DNA of 17,384 nucleotides from Thermodesulfovibrionales bacterium (GTDB lineage: Bacteria; Nitrospirota; Thermodesulfovibrionia; Thermodesulfovibrionales; UBA9159). The position numbers and the translations under genes were made by a program. Of this stretch, positions 5,867 through 13,991 are shown piece by piece. The notes under the pieces are model-generated. The model was not told where the DNA came from and searched no databases. It was given only the letters and a program-made list of their open reading frames with translations. The DNA is taken from contig JBEKCV010000088.1 of NCBI GenBank assembly GCA_050014695.1, forward strand, positions 1 through 17,384. The letters run 5' to 3'. Each line of letters opens with the position of its first letter. The stretch's first letter is position 1.

Positions 5867-8164
5867 GTGTTCATTCAGATCCCTTGGAATACAACAAGGG
5901 AATGCCGCCCCATGCAGACAGAACGAAGAGACATGGTCTTCAGATACACAGCCATAATCGGCCTCGTCTGGACAGTAGTGATAGGTGTTTCCCTCGTCTG
6001 GAATATCCATAGGGAGCGACAACAGACCCTTGCCCTCGCAAAGAGAGAGGCCGTTGAGGTCTTGAACAAAGATGAGGTGATCCGTTTCTGGGCAACATCG
6101 CATTCCGCAGTGTATGTTCCGGCTGATGACAGAACTCCCCCCAACCCGCTTTTGGGCAATATCCCCGAGCGGGACATTCGAACACCCTCTGGTGCCACCC
6201 TCACAATGATAAACCACGCGTCCATGCTGAGACAGATTATGAATGAATACTCCCAGCAGTATGGGATAAAGGGCCGTTTAACGAGTCTGAAGCCTTTTTC
6301 TTCTGAGAACGCCCCTGATGCATGGGAAAAGAAGGCCCTCGAGTCTTTTGAGCGCGGGGCTCAGGAGGCCTATGAATATTCTTCGAGTGAAGGCAATCTT
6401 TACCTGAGATTCATGAAGCCTATCATAGCAAGAAAACCTTGCCTCAAATGCCACAGCGTCCAGGGCTACCATGAAGGGGATATCCGGGGGGGAATCGAGG
6501 TCTCCCTTCCCATGGCGCCCCTTAAAACGGACGAGTTCAGGAACATCATGGCCCTCGCAGCAACTCACGGACTGCTCTGGATGCTCGGCGCAGCAGGAAT
6601 CTGGACCGGGGCCCGGAGGATTATGCGCACCATAGCTGGGCGCACAAAGGCTGTAGAGGCTTTGCGTGACTCGGAGAAAAAGTTCCTCGGTATCTTCAAT
6701 ACCATAAACGAAGCAATATTTATTAATGACTTTACGGGTCACATTATCGAGGTGAATGACCAGTGCTGCCGACGTCTCGGGTACAGCAGGGCAGAACTGC
6801 TTCAGCTTAACCTTTTTGATCTGGTCGCATCAGAGCATGCCCAGCTTCTCAGGGAGCAGATCAGTGACCTCACGCATCGGGATCAGGTGCTTTTTGAAGT
6901 TGATCGTATCACAAAAGCGGGGAAACGGACCTCCGTTGAAATAAGCGCGGGTGTCATCGAAATCGAGGGAAAAACCGCTATCATGAGTGTCGAACGTGAT
7001 ATTACGGATCGCAAAATGATGGAACTTGAACTGCTCAAGGTAAAACAGCTCGAGTCCCTCGGTATTCTCGCCGGTGGCATTGCACACGATTTCAATAACC
7101 TTCTCCAGGGTATTCTGGGAAGCATTTCCCTTGCAAAGCTCTATCTCAAGCCAGAGGACATGGCATATCATTTTTTAGAGCAGGCTGAAAGCGCACACAG
7201 CCTCGCAAGGGCTCTGACAAAGCAACTCATAACCTTTGCCCGGGGAGGAGCGCCCCGTAAGAGGGCCTTTCTCATCGGAAATCTCATCCGGAATACAGTC
7301 CAGTTCACGCTGAGCGGTTCGAATGTCAAATGTGAATTCCTCATTCCGGATTCCTGCTGTCTGGTGGAAGGTGATGAGGTGCAGCTGAGCCAGGTGATCC
7401 AGAACATGGTTATCAATGCCAAAGAAGCAATGCCGGGTGGAGGGATGATCCGCATAACAGCGGAGGAGACTTCAGTGCGGGAAAATGAACTGCCTCCGCT
7501 GAAAGAGGGCGCCTACGTGAAGATATCCATAAAAGATCACGGGGGCGGTATCCCGAAGTATAATATCTCAAGAATCTTCGACCCTTATTTCAGCACGAAG
7601 GGAATGGGAACGCAGAAAGGGTTAGGGCTTGGACTCACCGTATGCTATTCCATTATCAAGAGTCATGGTGGGCACATCACCATTGAATCAGACGTTGGTG
7701 TCGGAACGACCTTCCACATTTATCTGCCCCATACACTGAAGAAGGTCGTACCAGAGACAGAGGGTCAGGAGTCGACACCTGTCAGAAGGGGAAGGGTATT
7801 GATCATGGACGATGAAAAAGCCGTCACAAATGTTGCCGAGTCTTTCCTGACCCTCCAGGGGTATGACGTGGTTGTCACAAGGGACGGTGCCGGCGCCATA
7901 GAGACTTATGAGCAGGCGAGGCTCGATGGAAGGCCTTTTGATGTAGTCATACTCGATTTAACGATACCAGGCGGCATGGGAGGTCTCGAGACTATGAAAA
8001 GACTCAGTGCAAGCGATCCCTTTCTCAAGGCAGTTGTTTCAAGCGGATATTCAAATGACCCCGTCTTGCACGATTACGAGAGCTACGGCTTTAAAGGTGC
8101 TCTCATAAAGCCCTATGCTATCGATACCCTGGGAGAGTTAGTAGCCACAATCACAAGGACATAG
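5867..8164 (+). CDS. Hybrid sensor histidine kinase: N-terminal DUF3365/Tll0287-like sensor with CxxCH motif, TM, PAS, HisKA, HATPase_c, C-terminal receiver
   Basis: The CLKCH motif (CxxCH) lies in the N-terminal domain. The H-box reads AHDFNNLLQGILG, and the ATPase G-boxes read DHGGGIP and GLGLGLTV. The C-terminal REC domain reads VLIMDDE...DVVILDLTIPGGMGG...KAVVSSGY. The start is uncertain: a GTG at 5867, or ATGs at 5912 or 5933. Confidence 0.9.
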   Translation: MFIQIPWNTTRECRPMQTERRDMVFRYTAIIGLVWTVVIGVSLVWNIHRERQQTLALAKREAVEVLNKDEVIRFWATSHSAVYVPADDRTPPNPLLGNIPERDIRTPSGATLTMINHASMLRQIMNEYSQQYGIKGRLTSLKPFSSENAPDAWEKKALESFERGAQEAYEYSSSEGNLYLRFMKPIIARKPCLKCHSVQGYHEGDIRGGIEVSLPMAPLKTDEFRNIMALAATHGLLWMLGAAGIWTGARRIMRTIAGRTKAVEALRDSEKKFLGIFNTINEAIFINDFTGHIIEVNDQCCRRLGYSRAELLQLNLFDLVASEHAQLLREQISDLTHRDQVLFEVDRITKAGKRTSVEISAGVIEIEGKTAIMSVERDITDRKMMELELLKVKQLESLGILAGGIAHDFNNLLQGILGSISLAKLYLKPEDMAYHFLEQAESAHSLARALTKQLITFARGGAPRKRAFLIGNLIRNTVQFTLSGSNVKCEFLIPDSCCLVEGDEVQLSQVIQNMVINAKEAMPGGGMIRITAEETSVRENELPPLKEGAYVKISIKDHGGGIPKYNISRIFDPYFSTKGMGTQKGLGLGLTVCYSIIKSHGGHITIESDVGVGTTFHIYLPHTLKKVVPETEGQESTPVRRGRVLIMDDEKAVTNVAESFLTLQGYDVVVTRDGAGAIETYEQARLDGRPFDVVILDLTIPGGMGGLETMKRLSASDPFLKAVVSSGYSNDPVLHDYESYGFKGALIKPYAIDTLGELVATITRT

Positions 8165-8419
8165 GAAGGGCGATAATCAACCCCGTCAAATCTCTCAGCG
8201 GTTTTTCCACATTGTTTCGGAAGGGGAGGTCTCCGCGGATTATAGGGAGTACTCCGCGCCGACGGAGCCCTCGCAATTTTGCGCAGTACGAGCGGAAAGA
8301 AACAGTTATCAGATCACGAAACCGCTGCGGACTACAGGAAGATCTTCGCAGCAGCTGATCCTATTGCATATCCCCAAGGAATTTCACCTTAAATTAAAGA
8401 AAATCGTCCCATTTATTAT

Positions 8420-10372
8420 TTAATCGTTTTTTATCTCTTTTCCCTCATTCTTCGGTACGTTTTGAGAAATCATTTGTGATAACCATGCATTGAAAAGGTT
8501 TCCGCTCGCTGAGGCATCCCCACCCCCAACCAGAACCTGGGGCACAATCTGAATCTTACCAGCCGCTATTTCCTGAATGAGTTTGATTATCGCCACATTC
8601 TGCTGACCAATGGCCTCCTTCTGGGCATTGTAGGCAGCGGCAATCCCGTCTCCCTCGATCTTACTTTTGTAAGAATTGCCATCAGCCACAAGTATTGTGG
8701 ATTCTTTGGTACCTTGAGCTACCAGTATTGTGGATTCCTTAGTCCCTTGAGCTTGAAGAATCACGGAGCGTCTAGTGCCGTCAGCTTCCTTAACTTTGGC
8801 TTCAGCCCTATCATTATTGATGTCTATAGATAATTTGGCATCAATAACATCTTTCTGTTTATCTGCCCGTGACGATTTCTCCATGACCGCAATGCGTTTT
8901 TCTTGAGCCAGCGCCTCCTGGTCATACTGGGCTTGCTGTTGATTGGCAATCTCCTTCTTGGTTTGAGTATCCAGCAAATCCTTAGGTATATCGATATAAG
9001 CAATGAGTAAGTTTTGGGCCTCTACGTTGTACTCAGAAAATCTCTCTTTGGCGTGTGACAGCGCTTCGGTCTGTAAGTCCGTCCGGCTTTGGAAAAAGTC
9101 AATCGCTTTCTTCTCTCCAGCTTTATTCCTGAAAGATGAATCGATCAGCGGATGTACGATTTGATCAATCAGATTGGCCACTGACCCGAATCTGGCTATG
9201 ATGTAGGCTGCATTGCCCGGCTGAATTCGAATCACCATTCGAACATTGACTTCCAGTTGAAAGCCATCTTTAGAAGTCACCTTCAAGGGATCAAAACTGT
9301 ATAGGACCCCCGCAGCCTTAGCCTCTGTTGGTTTAACTCCCTTTACCTCTGTCCCGATTCTTCCCTCGGTTGCCCAATCGATGGTAACGGCTGAAGTAGG
9401 CACTTGATAGGCTGTGAAAGCAATCGCATTTAGATTGTATTTTCCAGGTGCTATCGGCTCTCTCCAAATGCCGCGAGTGTATTTATCGGTTATCAGTATT
9501 TTCTCAACATCTTCATGGATAGGACCACAAAGTTTTCCTTCACCGGTAGTTCGATCGGGCCCTTCGGGTGTCCTCTCCAACTCCGACCCCACGTTGGACC
9601 TGATTACTGCCACATATCCTGGATGGACCTCCGCCACATCTTCAACTTTAATATCAAATAAGTTCGGATTGATGTAATATATTCCCGGCTGCAGGGTATC
9701 CAACTGCGGCCCCCGATATCCCTTGCTATCAATAAAGAGTTGCCCATTTTGATAAGATTTGTGGTCTGCTTCGATACTGTCGTCATTTTGGGCCTTCGGG
9801 GCGATGATGTAGCCTGTCGGTAAGGGAATGCCATCTTTAGCAACGGCGATACCAATGGTATTCTCAGCTATTTTTATCGCGGGCGCTTTGGTAATATTGA
9901 ACATTCTAGAATTGATCCGGTAGGTGCCTGGACGTAGAATTCCAACCTGCGATCCCTTCTTCCCATGGTTGGCTAAGAACATCTCCGCGTCTTGAAATTG
10001 ATTACACTCGACTTCGTCGGCTAACACTCTGCCTTTGGGTAGTGGTTCGCCGTCAATAGATTCGACGACACTGATACTATCAATATCTACCGTCACTACC
10101 GGAACTTTGGTAAATGACCAGACTATGGGTAGCTTCCAGTAGAGCCCTGGCATCAAAGTCCTCGCCTGAACCCCTATTTCCCCATGACGCGCGATTATTT
10201 GTCCTTCAGGCATTTTTTTGCCAAACATGTTTTTAGTGAGGATGCCGACTTGATTGGCCCCAATCAAACAAAAACCTCGAAGGACGACCACCAGAGCAAT
10301 AAGAACAACGAAACTTAAAACAATCCATCCTATCATTTCTATCATTCCCATCATTCCTATCGCTCCTATCAT
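8420..10372 (-). CDS. Flotillin-like SPFH/Band 7 family membrane protein (650 aa)
   Basis: It has an N-terminal TM segment, an SPFH domain and a long Ala/Glu/Lys/Gln-rich coiled-coil, ending in a C-terminal ...IVPQVLVGGGDAS-like tail typical of bacterial flotillins (YqiK/FloA-like). The RBS AAAGGAG lies 9 nt upstream of the ATG at 10372. Confidence 0.85.
   Translation of the reverse strand: MIGAIGMMGMIEMIGWIVLSFVVLIALVVVLRGFCLIGANQVGILTKNMFGKKMPEGQIIARHGEIGVQARTLMPGLYWKLPIVWSFTKVPVVTVDIDSISVVESIDGEPLPKGRVLADEVECNQFQDAEMFLANHGKKGSQVGILRPGTYRINSRMFNITKAPAIKIAENTIGIAVAKDGIPLPTGYIIAPKAQNDDSIEADHKSYQNGQLFIDSKGYRGPQLDTLQPGIYYINPNLFDIKVEDVAEVHPGYVAVIRSNVGSELERTPEGPDRTTGEGKLCGPIHEDVEKILITDKYTRGIWREPIAPGKYNLNAIAFTAYQVPTSAVTIDWATEGRIGTEVKGVKPTEAKAAGVLYSFDPLKVTSKDGFQLEVNVRMVIRIQPGNAAYIIARFGSVANLIDQIVHPLIDSSFRNKAGEKKAIDFFQSRTDLQTEALSHAKERFSEYNVEAQNLLIAYIDIPKDLLDTQTKKEIANQQQAQYDQEALAQEKRIAVMEKSSRADKQKDVIDAKLSIDINNDRAEAKVKEADGTRRSVILQAQGTKESTILVAQGTKESTILVADGNSYKSKIEGDGIAAAYNAQKEAIGQQNVAIIKLIQEIAAGKIQIVPQVLVGGGDASASGNLFNAWLSQMISQNVPKNEGKEIKND
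8688..8753. repeat. Two in-frame tandem copies of a 33-bp unit inside the flotillin gene (encoding ...GTKESTILVAQ...)
   Basis: The copies at 8688-8720 and 8721-8753 are about 88% identical at the DNA level. The peptide level shows TILVAQGTKES repeated. Confidence 0.6.
10337..10372. repeat. Short 9-nt tandem repeat (ATGATAGRA)n at the 5' end of the flotillin ORF (peptide MIG-AIG-MMG-MIE-MIG)
   Basis: The minus strand reads ATGATAGGAGCGATAGGAATGATGGGAATGATAGAAATGATAGGA. Each unit is 9 nt, so copy-number changes would stay in frame. Confidence 0.5.
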
Positions 10373-10455
10373 TGTTTTGTTTCTCCTTTTTATTTATTCT
10401 CAATGCCCTTCGTGCTTAGAGTGCTTGCTCCAGCGAGATTGAAAGTCTAACGATG

Positions 10456-11090
10456 ATTATACAAACTTCCTGTTTGTTGTCCCCATTTGGCTAAATATAG
10501 CACAGCCGGACAGATTCTTAAAGGGCAATACCCAATAAAATCACCGGGTAAGATGTTCTGCTTTTCGCATTTTGCGGTAATAAGGACTAAAGGCGAAGTT
10601 GGTATAACATGGAAAGTTGTCCTAGCCTTGGACAAAGTTCCCGCAGAAACATTAATGTGGCACGAAATACACGATCTCTCAGCGCTATTGATAATTCTGC
10701 TGATTTCCGATTGAACTATGCACAACCGGCCTCGATTCGAAAGGTGTTGGCTTCAGGAAGGAAGGTTGCGAAGCATGCCCGCTTCTCATGAATGCGTATT
10801 CCGTCCCGTACTATGGTCCGAAAAGATACCTTGGAAGTCCCAAAACATTTTTTCGGCTTCCTGTACTCCACACCTCTCGGGCGGAGTCTGATTGTGCATG
10901 ATTCCATCGGAATCAACGCGGGACAACTTCCCATGTTACACGAATTTCTCCTTTGGTCCTTATTACCACATAAATGCGAAGAGCAGAACATCTTGCTCCA
11001 TTGATTTTATTGGATATTACCCTTTAAGTATTTCCCGGGCTATGCTATATTTAGCCCATGGAAGACAGCAAACAGGAACCTTCGTATAAT
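10456..11090. repeat. Large imperfect palindromic element: about 170-bp inverted arms (10456-10622 and 10921-11090, roughly 80% identical) around a roughly 300-bp centre, with TATAAT at both outer ends; MITE-like or structured element
   Basis: The reverse complement of 10456-10622 aligns base-by-base with 10921-11090. Examples are ggacaactttccatgtta vs ggacaacttcccatgtta, ccttattacc...aatgcgaa..agcagaacatctt, gctatatttagcc and aaacaggaa..tt.gtataat. The small ORFs 10447..10725(-) and 10892..11089(+) give mirror-image peptides, as expected from an inverted repeat rather than from genes. Confidence 0.7.
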
Positions 11091-11101
11091 TCTTGTTAAC
11101 C

Positions 11102-11698
11102 ATGAGAAAATATCTTAAAGAGACGATCATTACATTCCTATGCTTGACTCTCCTTGCATCCATTTCATATGGGGCAGAGCGCACTAAAAGCTCAGAGTGG
11201 AAGTCATTTGATGCATCAACTGGCGACACATTCAACTTCTCATTCGGTAAATACATTGTTACTATCCAACCCGGTGCACATTTAACTTCTCCCTTTAGAG
11301 AAGATAATTTGACCATGACGATTAAGAAAAACAACGATACGATCATTAGACAGGATTTCGTCTCATCTTACGGCAGGGGCAGTGTACTTCTGAAATCGGA
11401 CTACCTATTTATGGAGTATGGAGTTGGAAGGGGGACAGGAGTTCGAGAGGAACATATTAAAGCATATACACTCCTTGCAGAATATGAGTTTATAAAGAAT
11501 TTGATCGAACTTTTCGATATTCAAAAGTCCTATATGTTTCCAGATTCAAAACCCGTCGCGTACCCATACAAAGTGAAATACGAGGTTAGGGTAATCGAAG
11601 AAAAGAAGAATCTCAGGGTAATCTTTAGTGGAGCTGAAAAAGGCTTTGGTATACCGCAGAGAAAAGAGATAATCTTGAATAAAATGGTTAACAATTAA
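11102..11698 (+). CDS. Secreted hypothetical protein (about 198 aa) with N-terminal signal peptide
   Basis: The ATG at 11102 (MRKYLKETIITFLCLTLLASISYGAE...) follows a basic n-region, a hydrophobic h-region and an A-x-A-like cleavage site. The track start is a TTG at 11093. A TATAAT at 11085-11090 lies only 11 nt upstream, suggesting a short or leaderless 5' UTR. No family recognised. Confidence 0.5.
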   Translation: MRKYLKETIITFLCLTLLASISYGAERTKSSEWKSFDASTGDTFNFSFGKYIVTIQPGAHLTSPFREDNLTMTIKKNNDTIIRQDFVSSYGRGSVLLKSDYLFMEYGVGRGTGVREEHIKAYTLLAEYEFIKNLIELFDIQKSYMFPDSKPVAYPYKVKYEVRVIEEKKNLRVIFSGAEKGFGIPQRKEIILNKMVNN

Positions 11699-12134
11699 AG
11701 CTGGGGTATAGGGTAGCCTCTGTCTTTCTTTTGCAAAGGGTGGTTCCTCTGCGCCTTATTTACCTCGTTATGCATAGTCCTCTCGAAACTCTTCGTTGGT
11801 GCAACATATTGAAATGTGTATGTCGGTGAAAGAAATAAAAAGCAGCTTTAGCGTGTGGCGGCGAAACACAACCATGCAAGAAAAAGAAGGCCAAGCGCAC
11901 CAGTTCTTCCTGAAATTAACACTGTATCATTTCTGCAATACATGGTAGGTTTCTAAGGGAATGAAATGGACAGACGGGAACCGATCGAACAAGATTATGT
12001 GCGGTAATCTGATGGGGGAGTGGTCTTTCAGAGGCAAAGCACGGCGAAGGTTGGAGCGAGGTAGTCGTGCGGCTTCAGACGCTACCTGAGTCAATAGGAC
12101 ATTTGTCGCTACATTATCACAAACAATTGTCGGC

Positions 12135-12169
12135 TTGACTATCTGAGTACTTATACGTACAATGTACAT
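12135..12169 (+). promoter_or_regulatory. Candidate sigma70-type promoter of brnTA (TTGACT-N17-TACAAT) giving a near-leaderless transcript; overlaps the GTAC-rich palindrome ATGTACAT
   Basis: TTGACT lies at 12135-12140 and TACAAT at 12158-12163. The ATG at 12170 sits 6-7 nt after the -10. GTAC occurs three times between 12146 and 12168. Confidence 0.4.
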
Positions 12170-12454
12170 ATGAAGGAGATTCGGTTCGAGTGGGACACGG
12201 CGAAGGACCGGGAAAATGCACGAAAGCACGGGGTATCGTTCGAAGAGGCACAAACAGTTTTTCTGGATGAGAATGCTATTAGGTATTTTGATCCCGATCA
12301 TTCAGATGACGGAGATCGCTTCCTGATGCTCGGTATGAGTTTTAAGCTGCGTGTCATTGTGGTTTGCCATTGTTATCGGGTTAGCGACTCCGTGATCCGA
12401 ATTATCTCAGCCCGTAAGGCGAACCGGAAAGAACAGGAATCCTATTGGAGGTAA
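12170..12454 (+). CDS. brnT: BrnT toxin (DUF497 family) of a type II toxin-antitoxin module
   Basis: FEWDTAKDRENARKHGVSFEEAQTVFLDENAIRYFDPDHSDDGDRFLMLG...RIISARKANRKEQESY matches the conserved BrnT/DUF497 pattern of F.WD..K...N..KHG..F.EA..VF......D..HS..E.R...G......RIISAR.A...E. The stop is 3 nt before the brnA start. Confidence 0.85.
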   Translation: MKEIRFEWDTAKDRENARKHGVSFEEAQTVFLDENAIRYFDPDHSDDGDRFLMLGMSFKLRVIVVCHCYRVSDSVIRIISARKANRKEQESYWR

Positions 12455-12457
12455 TCC

Positions 12458-12676
12458 ATGAGAAAGCATTATGAGTTTGAAACAATGAAAGGGGAGCGGA
12501 ATCCCTATATCAAACAGTTGAAGCAGCCCGTCACGATTCGGCTGGATAAAGCGACTGTTGGTTACTTCAAAGCGCTGGCCGAGGAATTGGGGATGCCTTA
12601 TCAGAACCTAATCAACCTCTATCTTAGGGATTGCGCCCTTAGTCACAGGACTCTGAAATTGAAATGGGCGTCATAG
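12458..12676 (+). CDS. brnA: BrnA antitoxin (CopG/RHH-like, BrnA family)
   Basis: The 72-aa protein sits immediately downstream of brnT. Its sequence ...PVTIRLDKATVGYFKALAEELGMPYQNLINLYLRDCA matches the BrnA pattern of TIRLD...YFK..A...G.PYQ.LIN..LR. Confidence 0.8.
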   Translation: MRKHYEFETMKGERNPYIKQLKQPVTIRLDKATVGYFKALAEELGMPYQNLINLYLRDCALSHRTLKLKWAS

Positions 12677-12714
12677 AGCGGCAGCCCATATTTGCGGAGA
12701 CCTTCCATTAGAAG

Positions 12715-12740
12715 GACTCCGAAACGCATGAGTCTTTTTT
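12715..12740 (+). terminator. Putative intrinsic terminator after brnA (GACTC-N10-GAGTC followed by TTTTTT)
   Basis: The stem is 5 bp with a T6 run at 12735-12740, about 40 nt after the brnA stop. The stem is short, so this is a weak call. Confidence 0.3.
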
Positions 12741-13179
12741 GCGGCTTTCTGGATGAAGTCTTACTAATCAGTACAAGGACTCCTCATGATCACGGACCTT
12801 CCGTCATTGCCCACAGTGTCAGTGCCTGACAAAGGCAAGCCATCAAGGCATGTGTTTGTCTGGGAAGATCAATTTCGGCACTTCCTCCTTCGATTTGATC
12901 TCATCAGTCAGTGCACTATGCACCTAAAACATTAGCCTAAACGATGATTAATCTATGACACTTCTGCCCGGGTTAGATCAACTTTCAATCTTTTTTACTG
13001 TTCGGCGAGTACACAAGGGATACGCACGTCTGTTTGCCGGAAAACAGCACGGCTATGGCGCAAAATAACTCAAAACTCGTTTCTTAAAGTATTCTTCTCT
13101 CGATTCTGCTTTTCCACGTAAAACTTCTCAATCGGAATATATAAAACCCGCAACCAGTAGACCGTCAAATAATGCTATT

Positions 13180-13977
13180 TTATTGGGGTCGCGGAAGGAA
13201 AAGGTCGAGTATGCTGGTTAGGATTTGCTCTGGCAGCAATCTTTTCAGGAAACGTAACAAGGAGATTTCAAAATTAATGGTGATAATAAGCTTTTTGCCT
13301 TTACATTTTTTTAGTATTTTCTCTGCCGCTGTATCAGGAGATAGAAGGTTGTGCCTTCCTGGAGTGGCTTTTACCATCCATTCGGGCATATCTTTTCGTT
13401 CCTGTTCATATTGGGGAGTATCTATATCAGCCGGACATGCCACATACACTGAAATTTTTTTGTATAGCAGTTCTCTTCTCAATGCCTCCGCAAAATTAAC
13501 GATTCCGGCCTTTGCCGCACAATAAGTCGAGTATGCCGCTGCTCCTATTAAACCGAATCCGGATGAGATCATCAAAATTCTAGATTGTGGTGTCAACAAC
13601 GGCATAAACACCCTGGCTGCCAATACCGTTCCCCATAAATCAATTTCAATGTCTTCTTTCATCTTATCGAAATTATTGTAATCAGCCAGTAGACTGACAC
13701 TTACTACGCCTGCATTCAAAACCAAAAAATCCAAGCTACCAAATTTATCTTTAACAAAATCGGCAATCATAGTAAGGTCATTGTGGCAAGTGATATCACC
13801 CTTAAACCCATATGCCCCGTTTCCCATTTTGCAGAGGACATCTACTGCTGCATCCAATCTTTCTTTGCCTCTGGCAATCAGGATTGGTGTGAAACCTTCT
13901 CTTACCAATCGCTTAGCGATGGCAAAACCCAGACCCGATGATCCGCCGGTGATGAGAGCACATTTTTTGTTGGTCAT
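13180..13977 (-). CDS. Classical short-chain dehydrogenase/reductase (SDR); KDSR/CerR-like reductase candidate
   Basis: The Rossmann motif reads ITGGSSGLG, followed by NAG, and the Ser...YxxxK catalytic triad reads SS...YCAAK. The RBS GAAGGAG lies 8 nt upstream of the ATG. The gene lies 14 nt downstream of the GNAT gene, so the two form an operon. Confidence 0.85.
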   Translation of the reverse strand: MTNKKCALITGGSSGLGFAIAKRLVREGFTPILIARGKERLDAAVDVLCKMGNGAYGFKGDITCHNDLTMIADFVKDKFGSLDFLVLNAGVVSVSLLADYNNFDKMKEDIEIDLWGTVLAARVFMPLLTPQSRILMISSGFGLIGAAAYSTYCAAKAGIVNFAEALRRELLYKKISVYVACPADIDTPQYEQERKDMPEWMVKATPGRHNLLSPDTAAEKILKKCKGKKLIITINFEISLLRFLKRLLPEQILTSILDLFLPRPQ

Positions 13978-13991
13978 CGCATAAACTCCTT

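Noticed and set aside
5825-7455. Minus-strand ORFs overlapping the histidine kinase gene (5825..6217, 5875..6225, 5940..6185, 6278..6742, 6830..7171, 6883..7125, 7168..7455)
   Set aside because: They are shadow ORFs of an unambiguous 765-aa multidomain kinase on the plus strand.
10447-11089. Small ORFs 10447..10725(-), 10487..10714(+), 10609..10791(+), 10716..10991(-), 10792..11004(+), 10892..11089(+)
   Set aside because: The two outer ones encode near-identical peptides on opposite strands purely because the DNA is an inverted repeat. None has an RBS, and they are better explained as a non-coding palindromic element.
11927-12301. Minus-strand 124-aa ORF overlapping the brnT start
   Set aside because: It is antisense to a strongly supported BrnT gene and has no RBS or family resemblance.
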